The position numbers were made by a program, and so were the translations under genes. Positions 31,056 through 42,375 of a stretch of 64,000 nt of DNA are shown here, piece by piece. The stretch spans positions 5,966 through 69,965 of the forward strand of contig CALXJJ010000005.1 in the NCBI GenBank assembly GCA_944388605.1. The letters run 5' to 3'. Positions within the stretch are counted from its first letter, which is position 1, and each line of letters opens with the position of its first letter. Source of the DNA: an uncultured Clostridia bacterium (GTDB lineage Bacteria > Bacillota > Clostridia > TANB77 > CAG-508). The notes under the pieces are model-generated. The model was not told the origin of the DNA. It was given only the letters and a program-made list of their open reading frames with translations, and searched no databases.

Positions 31056-31522
31056 TGGTAATAATGAAAATAATGTTTATATGCACAGGAAATATTTGTA
31101 GGAGTGCAATGGCAGAATATTTAGCAAGAAAATTATCTAGACAATATAAAGATAATGGCAAATTTAAATTTTTTTCAAGTGGATTGTATGCACAAAATGG
31201 AGATATACCTACAGAAAATGCAATAAATACGATGAAAGAATATAATATAGATATAAGTAATCATAGAGCAACTAATATATTAGATTCTAATATAGAAGAT
31301 ATGGATTATATATTTTGTATGACTAAATCACATAAAATGCAAACTATTAATATGTTTCCAAATAAAAAAGATAATATATATATGCTGAAAGAATTTGCAG
31401 AAAATAAAATGGAAGATATTAGTGATCCATGGGGATGTAACATAGAAGTATATAAAAATTGTGCTAGTGAAATAGAAAAAGAATTAAGATTGATGTTTAA
31501 AAAAATAGAAGATAATAAATAG
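31052..31522 (+). CDS. Low-molecular-weight protein tyrosine/arginine phosphatase
   Basis: CTGNICRS P-loop. Overlaps the prfA stop codon. Confidence 0.8.
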   Translation: MMVIMKIMFICTGNICRSAMAEYLARKLSRQYKDNGKFKFFSSGLYAQNGDIPTENAINTMKEYNIDISNHRATNILDSNIEDMDYIFCMTKSHKMQTINMFPNKKDNIYMLKEFAENKMEDISDPWGCNIEVYKNCASEIEKELRLMFKKIEDNK

Positions 31523-31562
31523 TAAATACTATTACTACAATTGCTATCAAATGGAGGTAGAA

Positions 31563-33860
31563 ATGCAAGATTTAATAGAAAGTTTAAATAATAAGCAAAA
31601 AGAAGCAGTTTTAAATACAGAAGGACCATGCCTTGTAATAGCAGGAGCAGGAAGTGGAAAAACAAAAGTACTAACACACAAAATAGCATATTTATTGCAA
31701 GAAAAGAATATAGAACCTTGGAATATATTAGCAATTACTTTTACAAATAAAGCTGCAAGTGAAATGAAGGAAAGAATAGAAAATATAGTAGGAGAAGTAG
31801 CAAAAGACTTATGGATGGGTACATTTCATTCAATCTGTGTAAGAATTTTAAGAAAATATATAGATAGAATAGGTTTTGATAAATCATTTTTAATTTTTGA
31901 TACATCAGACCAAAGAACACTAATAAAAGAATGTATGAAAGCTTTAAATATAGACGATAAAATGTTTACAGATAGATCTGTTCAGGCAGAAATTAGTAAT
32001 GGAAAAAATGAAATGTTGGAGCCAAAAGCATATGGAGTAAAATATGCTGGAGATTTTAGAAGAGAGAAAATAGCTACTATATATGATATGTATCAGAAAA
32101 GATTGAAAGAAAATAATGCAATAGATTTCGATGACATAATTAACTTTACAATAAAAATATTAACTGAAAATCCAGATGTACTAGAATATTATACAAATAA
32201 ATTTAAATATGTTTTAGTAGATGAATATCAAGATACAAATAAAGCACAATTTATGTTAGTATCATTATTTGCTTCAAAATATGGAAATATAACAGTCGTA
32301 GGAGATAATGATCAGGGAATATATTCATTTAGAGGAGCAGATATTACAAATATTTTAAATTTTGAAAAAGATTTTCCAGGAACCAAAATAATAAAATTAG
32401 AGCAAAATTATAGATGTACAGGAAATATTTTAAAAACTGCAAATGCAGTAATAAAACATAATGAAAATAAATATGATAAAAAATTATGGACACAAAATGA
32501 TGAAGGCACATTACCACAAATTTATTGTGGAGATGATGAATATGACGAAGCAAACTATATAGTAAGACAAATAAATCATTTAAAAATAGAAGAATATTAT
32601 AAATATTCAGATTTTACAGTTTTATATAGAATGAATTCTCAATCAAGAGCAATAGAAGATGTATTGAGTAGAGAAAGAATACCATATAAGATTGTAGGTG
32701 GACAAAAATTCTACGAAAGAAAAGAAATAAAAGATATAATAGCATATTTAAGACTAATCTATAACTTAAATGATAATATTTCATTAAGAAGAATTATAAA
32801 TGAGCCTAAAAGGGGAATAGGTAAAACAAGCTTGGATAATATAGCAGAAATTTCAGAACAAACGGGGCAATCAATGTATTCTATTATAAAAAATGCAGAA
32901 AATTATGGTATGCAAAGAGTAGCAAAAAATGCAAAAGAATTTACGGAGATTATAGAAGAATTACGAGAAAAATCAGATAGAGTATTAATATCAGAATTAG
33001 TCAAAGAAATATTAAATAAAACAGGATATATAAAAGCATTAGAACTAGAAAAAACTACAGAAGCAGAAAGTAGAATAGAAAATTTACAAGAATTTTTGAC
33101 AGTAGCTATAGAATTTGAAGAAGAGTCAGCAGAAAACACATTAGCAGAATTTTTAGAAGGTATTACATTAGCAAGTGATGTAGATAATATGGAAGAAAAT
33201 GATGAAAAAGTGACATTAATGACATTACATAGTGCAAAAGGGTTAGAGTTTCCAACTGTATTTTTAGTGGGAATGGAAGAAGGAATATTTCCTGGTTATA
33301 AATCAATAGGAGAACCAAAGGAACTGGAAGAAGAAAGAAGATTATTCTATGTAGGAATAACAAGAGCAAAGGAACATTTATTTTTGACATGTGCAAAACA
33401 TAGAACAATATTTGGATCAACAAGTTATAATCAGATTTCAAGATTTGTAAAAGAAATACCTCAAGAACTTTTAGAAGGTATGGAAGAAGTAGAAGGAAAA
33501 TCTAATAATAATGACTTTGAAGATAAGGGTTATACTTGGAGTTATGGGAAAAATTCTGCAAAAATAGATACATATAATATTAGAGAAAAAGTTGGAATAA
33601 ATTTAAGTACTAGTTTGGAAGCAAACAACAATTTTAAATTTAGAACTGCAGAAAGCTTTTTATCTAATTTGCAACCAAAAAAAGAAGTTGATATAACAAA
33701 ATATGCACCAGGACAAAGAGTATATCATAAAAGATTTGGTGAAGGAATTATTAATAGCATAGAGCAAGAGGGTGAAGACATAAAAGTAGATATTAACTTT
33801 TATAAATCAGGTCATAAGAGGTTAATGGCAAAATTTGCAGGATTAGAAATTATAGGTTAA
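31563..33860 (+). CDS. pcrA: ATP-dependent DNA helicase PcrA (UvrD family)
   Basis: GAGSGKT Walker A and UvrD motifs. ATG start after a GGAGGT RBS. Confidence 0.9.
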   Translation: MQDLIESLNNKQKEAVLNTEGPCLVIAGAGSGKTKVLTHKIAYLLQEKNIEPWNILAITFTNKAASEMKERIENIVGEVAKDLWMGTFHSICVRILRKYIDRIGFDKSFLIFDTSDQRTLIKECMKALNIDDKMFTDRSVQAEISNGKNEMLEPKAYGVKYAGDFRREKIATIYDMYQKRLKENNAIDFDDIINFTIKILTENPDVLEYYTNKFKYVLVDEYQDTNKAQFMLVSLFASKYGNITVVGDNDQGIYSFRGADITNILNFEKDFPGTKIIKLEQNYRCTGNILKTANAVIKHNENKYDKKLWTQNDEGTLPQIYCGDDEYDEANYIVRQINHLKIEEYYKYSDFTVLYRMNSQSRAIEDVLSRERIPYKIVGGQKFYERKEIKDIIAYLRLIYNLNDNISLRRIINEPKRGIGKTSLDNIAEISEQTGQSMYSIIKNAENYGMQRVAKNAKEFTEIIEELREKSDRVLISELVKEILNKTGYIKALELEKTTEAESRIENLQEFLTVAIEFEEESAENTLAEFLEGITLASDVDNMEENDEKVTLMTLHSAKGLEFPTVFLVGMEEGIFPGYKSIGEPKELEEERRLFYVGITRAKEHLFLTCAKHRTIFGSTSYNQISRFVKEIPQELLEGMEEVEGKSNNNDFEDKGYTWSYGKNSAKIDTYNIREKVGINLSTSLEANNNFKFRTAESFLSNLQPKKEVDITKYAPGQRVYHKRFGEGIINSIEQEGEDIKVDINFYKSGHKRLMAKFAGLEIIG

Positions 33861-33870
33861 AATATAAGGT

Positions 33871-33901
33871 GGAATGAAAACATAAATTTCATTCCTTTTT
33901 T
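33871..33901 (+). terminator. Rho-independent terminator after pcrA
   Basis: GGAATGAAAACATAAATTTCATTCC hairpin followed by TTTTT. Confidence 0.65.
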
Positions 33902-33905
33902 GTTT

Positions 33906-34067
33906 TATACAATAGGAAAGTTATCCTTTCACATTGTATAAAAGTCGCTACGCTCTAACGACTGCACACAATTTTGACTTCGTAAAATTGGCTTAGGAAC
34001 AAATTTACTAAAAAGCTAACGAGGAAAGATAAAATTAATATAAATTTTAAGGCTTTCCGATTTGTTC
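33906..34067 (+). repeat. Intergenic repeat family, copy D (canonical short form)
   Basis: Near-identical to the core of copies A and B. Confidence 0.85.
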
Positions 34068-34125
34068 TAAAAAATGTATAAAAAAAATAAAAATGTTAAT
34101 AATATTTATATGAAATTTAGAAAGG

Positions 34126-34323
34126 ATGATGAATATGGCTAATTTAACACAGGTTGAGTTGCAAAATTTAAGGCATTTAATAGGTTCGCACGAAACATCT
34201 TATCAAAAGCTTAATACTTATGCTTCACAGGCTGTTGACCCACAAATAAAGCAGATGTTTACAAAGTCAGCACAAGATGCTTTAAACACAAAGCAAAAAT
34301 TAATGACATTTTTAAATGCATAG
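34126..34323 (+). CDS. Small spore-coat-associated protein (CotF-like pair, first member)
   Basis: 65 aa, paired with a downstream CotF-like ORF. The true start may be ATG 34129 or 34135. Confidence 0.45.
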   Translation: MMNMANLTQVELQNLRHLIGSHETSYQKLNTYASQAVDPQIKQMFTKSAQDALNTKQKLMTFLNA

Positions 34324-34337
34324 AAGGAGGGAAAATT

Positions 34338-34583
34338 ATGGATGAGAAAACAATGGTAAATGATATTTTAGCTGGAGTAAAAGCAGGACTTACAACATAT
34401 CAAGGAGCTATAAATGAAGCCGAAAATATGAATTTGCGTCAAACATTACAACAAATAAGAAATAATGATGAAAGTTTCCAATATGAGTTATTTAAAGTTG
34501 CACAATCAAAAGGATATTATAAACCAGCAGCAGGTGCAACTGTTACGGAAATACAAACTGTAAAGAATGAATTGCAACAATAA
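34338..34583 (+). CDS. Spore coat protein F-like (Coat_F domain)
   Basis: Pattern LRQTLQQIRNNDE..YELF..AQSKGYYKPAA is typical of the CotF family. Confidence 0.6.
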   Translation: MDEKTMVNDILAGVKAGLTTYQGAINEAENMNLRQTLQQIRNNDESFQYELFKVAQSKGYYKPAAGATVTEIQTVKNELQQ

Positions 34584-34733
34584 TAGAATTCTATCTAAAA
34601 AATAATGTAAAAGTGAAAAAAAAAGAGAAATGGTGATGACAAAGTAGAATAAGCTATACAAATTAGCTTAAATCTACTTTGTTATATTTTGTATGTTAAT
34701 ATAAAATATAACAAATAGGAGGGTATCATATTT

Positions 34734-35714
34734 ATGCTAAAGAAAGTTTTATCTAAAATAAGAACATATGTAAAAGTATTAATATTAATAATTCTTGCAA
34801 CACTTATTATATTATCAATTGTAGCACTGATATATAAACCTACATATCAAGTATCGTTAAATGGAGAGTTAATTGGATATAGTAGGGATAAATCAGAATT
34901 ACAGTCTAAAATTAATAATTATATGGAAAATGGAAATAGTGAAGATATAGCATTTGTACAAATAAATGAATTACCTGAATATAAAATGTGTTTATTAAAG
35001 AAAAATATAGAATATAATGATGATGAAATATATTCAAAAGTAATAGAAAAAGGAGTACCATATTATAAATATTATGCACTTACAATAAATGGAGAAGAAA
35101 AAGCATATGTAAAGAATTTTGAAGAAGCAGAAAATGTAGTTTCAAAACTGAAAGAAAAAAATAGTAAAAATAAAGACACATTAGCAATTTCAGAAAAATA
35201 TGATACAAGTTTGAAAGAGTTTACAGACGTAGAAACATGTGTATCAAAACTATATGAAGAACAACCAAAAACAGTTGTAACAACTACAAAAATATCAAAA
35301 ACAAACACAGAAGTAAGTACAAAAAAATCAACAAACATAGGAATAGATTTTATAAATCCTGTATCAGGGACTATTACATCAAGGTTTGGAAGTAGATGGG
35401 GATCATCACATAAAGGCATTGATATAGGAGCTCCAAAAGGTACATCAATAAAAGCAGCTGCAAGTGGTACAGTAGTAGTATCAAGTGGAGGATACAATGG
35501 AGGATATGGTAATTATATTATAATATCGCATGGAAATGGAATACAAACATATTATGCGCATTGTAGTAAATTATATGCATCAGTGGGACAATCTGTGGCA
35601 CAAGGTGAAGTAATAGCAGCAGTAGGTTCTACAGGTAGATCAACAGGGAATCATCTTCATTTTGAAGTAAGAATAAATGGAGTTGCCAAAAATCCATTAA
35701 ATTATACATATTAA
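34734..35714 (+). CDS. M23 family metallopeptidase (LytM-like) with N-terminal TM anchor
   Basis: HKGIDIG and GNHLHFEVR catalytic motifs are intact. Confidence 0.8.
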   Translation: MLKKVLSKIRTYVKVLILIILATLIILSIVALIYKPTYQVSLNGELIGYSRDKSELQSKINNYMENGNSEDIAFVQINELPEYKMCLLKKNIEYNDDEIYSKVIEKGVPYYKYYALTINGEEKAYVKNFEEAENVVSKLKEKNSKNKDTLAISEKYDTSLKEFTDVETCVSKLYEEQPKTVVTTTKISKTNTEVSTKKSTNIGIDFINPVSGTITSRFGSRWGSSHKGIDIGAPKGTSIKAAASGTVVVSSGGYNGGYGNYIIISHGNGIQTYYAHCSKLYASVGQSVAQGEVIAAVGSTGRSTGNHLHFEVRINGVAKNPLNYTY

Positions 35715-35726
35715 AAGATATCAGAA

Positions 35727-36377
35727 TTATTCTGATACCTTTTTTTTGTTTTCTTTTTTTAAAAAATACTTAGAAATTGTATTAATTGCATTGTGTTTCA
35801 TAATATTTGTTCCACATTCAAATAATTTTGAAGAAAATATATCTGAATTATTAATATATGTACTAAATTCCACAAGAGTAGGATGAAAATTTTTAATAAA
35901 ATTATGTGCAATTGATATATTTTTAAAAACTAAATAGTAATTATTATCAAAACTATATAAACTTATTTCCTCTGCAATACTAGAAATATCATTTGAAACA
36001 AATGAAATATAATTACAAATATCATCAAAATTATTAAATTTATATATAAAATAAATTGATGAACTATTCATTAAATTTTTCTTTTTAACTTTCACTTTAC
36101 TTTTTTTCTTTTCATTACAATAAATACTAGAAGATTTTTGTCTAGTGACAATTACAATAAAATTACCACTTTCTGAGGCAAAAGCTTCAAAACGTAAATC
36201 GTAATTTTCAGTTTTAAAACCGATTTCATCTTCTGCTTTAGATAAAGCCTTTAAAAATAAATTTCTTGCTTTGGTAGAGTCTGATAATACTGTACGAAAA
36301 TCTATATTATCATTTTCTAAATCTTGTGCAGAAAGTATAATACGTATTTTGTTTTCAGTTATTTTTTCAAATTTCAT
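35727..36377 (-). CDS. mecA: Adaptor protein MecA
   Basis: N-terminus MKFEKITENKIRIILSAQDLE is typical of MecA. ATG start after a GGAGG RBS. Confidence 0.65.
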   Translation of the reverse strand: MKFEKITENKIRIILSAQDLENDNIDFRTVLSDSTKARNLFLKALSKAEDEIGFKTENYDLRFEAFASESGNFIVIVTRQKSSSIYCNEKKKSKVKVKKKNLMNSSSIYFIYKFNNFDDICNYISFVSNDISSIAEEISLYSFDNNYYLVFKNISIAHNFIKNFHPTLVEFSTYINNSDIFSSKLFECGTNIMKHNAINTISKYFLKKENKKKVSE

Positions 36378-36481
36378 TAGCAAACCTCCAATGTTTATAT
36401 ATTATATTATACTACGAAAATATAAAAAAGGGAATAGGTAAGATATGGAAATATTTAGTCTTTTCCTAATATGTAACATTT

Positions 36482-36596
36482 ATTGCACACAATTTTGATT
36501 TTGAAAAATTAGTTTAGAAACAAATTTACGGAAAACCAAAGGCAAAGTTAAACATTGTATTAAATTAAAGCTTTTCGATTTGTTCTGGTATATTGT
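36482..36596 (+). repeat. Intergenic repeat family, copy E (degenerate partial)
   Basis: CACACAATTTTGA...GAAACAAATTTAC...AAAGCTTTTCGATTTGTTCT matches the body of the family. Confidence 0.55.
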
Positions 36597-36773
36597 TTGA
36601 GATAAATTAAAATAGTAATGAAAAATATAACAATCCAGAGATTTGTCTAATAAAAAATAAAATTATTAAATATTTAATAAACTATTGAAAAAAATGTAAA
36701 ATCCATATATAATATTAGCGTAGCAAACTAAAGAAACTTAAGTTTCCGTAAGATAATGTGGGAGGAATAAAAT

Positions 36774-37031
36774 ATGGCAACAAGAGATAAAAATATATGG
36801 ATTTTAATTGTATTTATATTGTCAGGATTAGTTTTAGGTGGTTTGATAGGAGAGATAGCGTCACAAGTAGATTTTTTATGGTGGCTATCATATGGACAAG
36901 AATTTGGACTGTCTACACCAATAGAACTAGATTTAAATATAATAAAATTTACATTTGCACTAATGTTTAAAATAAATGTTGCTAGTATAATAGGCTTATT
37001 AATAGCAGTGTTTGTATATAGAAAAATATAA
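36774..37031 (+). CDS. Small membrane protein (DUF4321-like), 85 aa
   Basis: Two hydrophobic helices. GGGAGG RBS. Lies upstream of radC. Confidence 0.55.
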   Translation: MATRDKNIWILIVFILSGLVLGGLIGEIASQVDFLWWLSYGQEFGLSTPIELDLNIIKFTFALMFKINVASIIGLLIAVFVYRKI

Positions 37032-37065
37032 CTATTTATAGATTGGGGGGCAGAAAGGAAAGTAC

Positions 37066-37779
37066 ATGTCTATAAAAATAAAAATGCTCCCAAACTGTGA
37101 AAAACCATATGAAAAATTAGAAATTTATGGAGCAGAGAAATTATCTAATGCAGAGTTACTAGCTATTGTAATAAGAACAGGTAGTAAAGAGGAAAGCAGT
37201 GTAGATTTAGCAAAAAAGGTACTTACAATAAATAATACAAGTGAAAACAATTTAAGTTTTTTAGAAAAAATGTCAATAGAAGAATTAACGAAAATAAAAG
37301 GGATAGGTAAAATAAAAGCAATTCAATTAAAAGCTGTTTGTGAGCTTTCAAAACGTATGTCCCATCCTATAAATAAGGAAAAAATAGTAATAAAAAATGC
37401 AAATATAGTAGCGAAATTAATGAAAAATGAACTTGTTAATGAAAAAAGAGAAATAATAAAAATATTATTATTAAATACAAAAAACGTGTTAATAAAAAAA
37501 GTAAATGTAGCTTGGGGAATGGCAGATAAAGTAGAAATAGATATTAAATATATTTTTGAAGAAGCTATTAAATCAGGAGTACCAAAAATTATTGTGGTAC
37601 ATAATCACCCAAGTGGAGATCCAACCCCAAGCATATATGATTATGAAATAACTGAAAAAATAAAGAAAGTAGGAGATTTATTAAAAATAGAACTATTAGA
37701 CCATATTATAATTGGAAACGGAAAGTATGCAACAGCTATGAGGAGAAAGGATAATATTTATGAAATTAAAGATGTTTAA
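37066..37779 (+). CDS. radC: RadC-like JAB-domain protein
   Basis: HNHPSGDPTPS JAMM motif. N-terminal HhH region. Confidence 0.85.
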   Translation: MSIKIKMLPNCEKPYEKLEIYGAEKLSNAELLAIVIRTGSKEESSVDLAKKVLTINNTSENNLSFLEKMSIEELTKIKGIGKIKAIQLKAVCELSKRMSHPINKEKIVIKNANIVAKLMKNELVNEKREIIKILLLNTKNVLIKKVNVAWGMADKVEIDIKYIFEEAIKSGVPKIIVVHNHPSGDPTPSIYDYEITEKIKKVGDLLKIELLDHIIIGNGKYATAMRRKDNIYEIKDV

Positions 37780-38782
37780 TTTAGGGTCTAAAGATATAGG
37801 GATAGATTTAGGTACAGCAAATGTACTAGTTACTTTAAAAGGTAAGGGAATTATATTAAAAGAACCATCTGTAGTTGCAATAGATAAGAGAACAGGTCAA
37901 ATATTAGCTACAGGTTACGAAGCAAAAGAAATGCTTGGTAGAACACCAGATAGAATAAAAGCAATAAGACCAATGAAAGATGGCGTAATAGCAGATTTTA
38001 CTGGAACACAATTAATGCTTAAAAATATTTTACAAAAAGCATGTAAAAAATATAGTATAGGTAAACCAAGAGTTGTAGTAGGTGTTCCTTCAGGCATCAC
38101 AGAAGTTGAAGAAAGAGCAGTAGAAGAAGCAATATTGCAAGCAGGTGCAAAAGAAGTGTATTTGATAGAAGAACCTATGGCTGCAGCAATTGGAGCAGGG
38201 TTAGATGTTTCAGAACCAAATGGCAGTTTAGTTGTAGATATAGGAGGAGGAACAACTGAAGTTGCTGTAATTTCATTAGGTGGAATAGTAGTAAGTAATT
38301 CTTTAAGAGTTGCAGGAGATGAATTAGATGAAGATATTATAAATTATGTAAAAAAAGAAGATAATTTAGCAATAGGTTCAACAACTGCAGAGCAAATAAA
38401 AATACAAATAGGATGTGCAGTGCCTACTGTTACGAAGACAGAAATGGAGGTTAAAGGAAGAGATTTAGCAACAGGGCTTCCAAAACATATAGTAGTAAAT
38501 TCTGATCAAATAAAAGACGCAATAAAAGAATCAATAGGAGAAATAGTTGATGTTGTAAAAGTAACTCTTGAAAGAACTCCACCAGAATTATCAGCAGATA
38601 TAATGGAAAAAGGAATCTGTTTAGCAGGTGGAGGAGCATTAATAAAAAATTTAGACCAATTATTAAGTGAAAAAACTGGAATGCCAGTTTTTGTCGCAGA
38701 AGAGCCATTAGATTGTGTAGCAAAAGGAGCAGAAAAAACTTTAGAAGATATAGAAAAATTAAGAAATGTTTTAAGAAAGTAA
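37760..38782 (+). CDS. mreB: Rod shape-determining protein MreB
   Basis: Actin-fold motifs (IGIDLGTANVL, DIGGGTTE). Confidence 0.9.
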   Translation: MKLKMFNLGSKDIGIDLGTANVLVTLKGKGIILKEPSVVAIDKRTGQILATGYEAKEMLGRTPDRIKAIRPMKDGVIADFTGTQLMLKNILQKACKKYSIGKPRVVVGVPSGITEVEERAVEEAILQAGAKEVYLIEEPMAAAIGAGLDVSEPNGSLVVDIGGGTTEVAVISLGGIVVSNSLRVAGDELDEDIINYVKKEDNLAIGSTTAEQIKIQIGCAVPTVTKTEMEVKGRDLATGLPKHIVVNSDQIKDAIKESIGEIVDVVKVTLERTPPELSADIMEKGICLAGGGALIKNLDQLLSEKTGMPVFVAEEPLDCVAKGAEKTLEDIEKLRNVLRK

Positions 38783-38797
38783 AATTTAGGAAGGAAT

Positions 38798-39625
38798 GTG
38801 ATTTTAAATATGTATAAAAATTCTAAAACAGGAATGGTTGGTGGCATAATTACATTAATATTATTAATAATATTAGTAATTATATCTAATATACAAGTAG
38901 ATAAAATGAATAGTATAGAAAATATATTTAGTGCTATCATAAATCCTATACAGAATGGAATTACATATTTAAAAAATAAAATAGCTGGAAATGATAGCTT
39001 TTTTACACAAGTGAATGAGTTAAAAGCAGAAAATGAAGAATTATTACAAAAAAATAGCGAATTAGAGCAATCATTAAGAGAACTAGAAATTATAAAAGCA
39101 GAAAATGCTACTTTAAAAGAATATGTAGATTTAAAAGATAAATATCAAGAATATGAAACAGTTCCAGCATATGTTATAAATAAAGATATAGGAAATTATA
39201 CAAATACAGTTATAATAAATGCAGGAAAAAATGATGGTATAGATGTGGATATGACAGTAATATCTGAAAAAGGATTAGTTGGGCAAATTGTATCAGTTAC
39301 AGATACAACAGCTAAAGTTCAAACTTTAGTAGATTCTGGAACAGCAGTTAGTGCAACAATAAAAACAACAGGAGATAATATGCTATTAAGAGGAACCCTT
39401 AATGATAATACTACATTAATAGCTTCATATATTCCTACTTCAGCAACATTATTAGCAGGAGATACTATTGAAACATCAGGACTAGGAGGAATATATCCTA
39501 AAGGAATATTAATAGGTACAATAAAAGAAGTTGTTAATACTCAAAACATAACAGATAGATATGCAAAAGTAGAGACAGCAGTTGATTTTAATAAATTAAA
39601 TACTGTATTAGTAATAAAAAATTAA
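38798..39625 (+). CDS. mreC: Rod shape-determining protein MreC
   Basis: TM helix, coiled coil, and a C-terminal beta domain. Follows mreB. Confidence 0.8.
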   Translation: MILNMYKNSKTGMVGGIITLILLIILVIISNIQVDKMNSIENIFSAIINPIQNGITYLKNKIAGNDSFFTQVNELKAENEELLQKNSELEQSLRELEIIKAENATLKEYVDLKDKYQEYETVPAYVINKDIGNYTNTVIINAGKNDGIDVDMTVISEKGLVGQIVSVTDTTAKVQTLVDSGTAVSATIKTTGDNMLLRGTLNDNTTLIASYIPTSATLLAGDTIETSGLGGIYPKGILIGTIKEVVNTQNITDRYAKVETAVDFNKLNTVLVIKN

Positions 39626-39649
39626 TATAAATATTTTTCATAGAAAGGA

Positions 39650-40192
39650 ATGAAAAAAGTGAAAAAAATTGGTGTTGTAGCAATATTAATATTGATATTT
39701 TTAATTTTATATTTTTTTCAAGCCAATTTTTTTAGCTTTTTTACAATAGCAGGTATAAAGCCAAATTTGTTTATAATTTTTACATTAATAATAGGTTTAT
39801 ACGCAGGAAGAACATTAGGAATGACATTAGGAATAATATTTGGACTTATATTAGATTTTGTAGGAAGTAAGTATATAGGAATTACAAGTGTAATGTTAGG
39901 TATAGCTGGATTTTTAGGTGGATATTTTGATAAGACATTTTCAAAAGATAGTAGGATTACAGTAATATTAATGATAGTAGGAAGTACTATATTATGTGAA
40001 TCAATATATTATTTTTGGAACATATTAAAAACGCAAAATGAAATAGAATATTTGAATTTTATAAAAATAGTACTAATTGAAACAATATATAATATTTTAT
40101 TAACTATAATAATATATCCATTAATACAAAAATTTGGATATAGATTAGAAGAAAATTTTAAAGAAAAGAAAGTTTTAACAAAATATTTTTAA
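39650..40192 (+). CDS. mreD: Rod shape-determining protein MreD
   Basis: Polytopic small membrane protein after mreC. Confidence 0.7.
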   Translation: MKKVKKIGVVAILILIFLILYFFQANFFSFFTIAGIKPNLFIIFTLIIGLYAGRTLGMTLGIIFGLILDFVGSKYIGITSVMLGIAGFLGGYFDKTFSKDSRITVILMIVGSTILCESIYYFWNILKTQNEIEYLNFIKIVLIETIYNILLTIIIYPLIQKFGYRLEENFKEKKVLTKYF

Positions 40193-40269
40193 AATTATAG
40201 AGAATTGCATTTTCTATAAGTTTTTCTGATTAATGCTTGTGATAATAAGATATAAAAGAAGGTGAGAGT

Positions 40270-42357
40270 TTGAAAAAAATAAAAAATAAAAATTTTTCTA
40301 TAAGATATAATTTGGCAACAACCATTGTATATATTATAGGAATTGTTTTGTTAGTACAACTTTTTAACCTTCAAATAGTAAATGGTGCAGAATATAGAGA
40401 ACAATCTAATACAAGGCTAACTAGAGAAAGTATATTAGAAGCAGCTAGAGGAGATATTACAGATCATACAGGTAATAAATTAGCAACAACAAAATTAGGA
40501 TACAATGTAGAATTATATAAAACAAAAGTTACAACAAATGAATTAAATCAGTCTTTATTAAAATTAATTAATATATTAGAACAAAATGGAGATAAATATG
40601 TTGACGAATTACCTATTCAAATAAATCCTTTTAGTTTTACAAATGCAGATGAAGAAAGCCAAAGAAAATGGAAGAAAAATAATAATATTGACGAGAATAA
40701 AACAGCAGAGGAATGTTTTAATATTCTAAAAGAAGAATATGAAATAAATGCAGATAATATAGAAGATACTAGAAAAATTATGGCATTAAGGTATGAAATA
40801 TCTATAAATGGATATAGTAGTACAAAAACTGTAACTTTAGCTGAAAACATAAGTGAAATAAGTCAATTACAAATAAATGAGCAAAGTGCTAAATTGCCAG
40901 GAATAACAGTTACAAGTAAACCAATAAGAACATATCCATCAGGGACATTAGCTGCACATGTATTAGGAAATGTTGGACAAATAAGCAGTGATGAATATGC
41001 TTCAAGAAAAGATGAATATGATATAAATGATATTATAGGAAAAACTGGTATAGAATACATTTTTGAAGAATACCTAAAAGGAGAAGATGGAGTAAAACAG
41101 ATTGATATGTCAGTAGAAGGAGCTATTACTGGAGAAAATGTATCAAAAGAAGCAATTTCAGGTTCAGACGTAGTTTTAACTATAGATGCAAATTTACAAA
41201 GAGTTGCAGAAGAATCATTAAGAGAAAATATAAGAAAAATATCAAGTGGAGAAAAAGGTGAAGCATTTGAAACAAACTCAGGAGCAGCTGTAGTTATGAA
41301 TGTAAACACAGGAGAAGTGTTAGCCATGGTAAGTCTTCCAGACTATGATCCAGAAGATTTTGTAGATGGACTTTCAGAACAACAAAGTGAAGAACTAAAA
41401 AATGGTACAAAGTCGCAGTATAATAGAGCTATTACAGGTTCATATGCTCCAGGATCAACTTTTAAAATGGTAACAGCATTAGCAGCATTAGAGTCTGGAA
41501 ATGTTACAGTAAATGAGAAAATAAGAGATACAGGAGTTTATCCACATTATCATCATCCTGTTTGTTGGATATGGACAAGTAATAGAATAGGACATGGATA
41601 TTTGAATGTAACAGATGCTATAAAACATTCGTGTAACTATTTCTTTTATGAAATGGGATATAGAATGGGAATAGATACATTGGCTCAATATGCAACATAT
41701 TTAGGGCTAGGTCAAAAAACAGGGATAGAATTGCCTAATGAAAGTGCAGGAGAACTTGCAAGTAAAGAAACCGCAGAAAAACATGGTGTACAATGGTATG
41801 CAGGAGATGTTCTATCTGCGGCAATAGGACAAACATATAATAACTTTACTCCTTTACAAATGGTTAGGTATACTAGTGTTATCGCAAATGGAGGGAAAAG
41901 TATAAAACCAACTATAGTGAAGAGTATAATAAAAGCAGATGGAACAGAAGTCCCAAAAGAAGAAGTTGAACAATTTGTTAATAATAAGTTAGGATATACA
42001 CCAACAGAAGAAAATTATCAATTTAAAGAAGAATATATTAATGCAGTAAAGGAAGGCATGAGAGGAGTTACAAGTGAATCAGGAGGTACAGCATATTCTA
42101 CATTCAAAGATTTTAATATAGAAGTAGGTGGTAAAACTGGTTCAGCACAAGCAAATGATAAAACACATGCATGGTTTGTTGGATTTGCACCATTTGATGA
42201 ACCAGAAATAGCAGTTGTAGTATTAGTTGAAAATGGAGGACACGGAGGTTGGACAGCAGAAGTGGCAAGAGATATAATTGCAGAATATTTTGGAATGAAT
42301 TCAAATACTGTAACAGAAGATACAACAGCTGTCCCAGAAACAGAAGTAAGAAGGTAG
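40270..42357 (+). CDS. Penicillin-binding protein 2 (class B transpeptidase)
   Basis: STFK active-site motif and PBP dimerisation domain. TTG start. Confidence 0.85.
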   Translation: MKKIKNKNFSIRYNLATTIVYIIGIVLLVQLFNLQIVNGAEYREQSNTRLTRESILEAARGDITDHTGNKLATTKLGYNVELYKTKVTTNELNQSLLKLINILEQNGDKYVDELPIQINPFSFTNADEESQRKWKKNNNIDENKTAEECFNILKEEYEINADNIEDTRKIMALRYEISINGYSSTKTVTLAENISEISQLQINEQSAKLPGITVTSKPIRTYPSGTLAAHVLGNVGQISSDEYASRKDEYDINDIIGKTGIEYIFEEYLKGEDGVKQIDMSVEGAITGENVSKEAISGSDVVLTIDANLQRVAEESLRENIRKISSGEKGEAFETNSGAAVVMNVNTGEVLAMVSLPDYDPEDFVDGLSEQQSEELKNGTKSQYNRAITGSYAPGSTFKMVTALAALESGNVTVNEKIRDTGVYPHYHHPVCWIWTSNRIGHGYLNVTDAIKHSCNYFFYEMGYRMGIDTLAQYATYLGLGQKTGIELPNESAGELASKETAEKHGVQWYAGDVLSAAIGQTYNNFTPLQMVRYTSVIANGGKSIKPTIVKSIIKADGTEVPKEEVEQFVNNKLGYTPTEENYQFKEEYINAVKEGMRGVTSESGGTAYSTFKDFNIEVGGKTGSAQANDKTHAWFVGFAPFDEPEIAVVVLVENGGHGGWTAEVARDIIAEYFGMNSNTVTEDTTAVPETEVRR

Positions 42358-42375
42358 AAAGAAGAGGTGGCATTT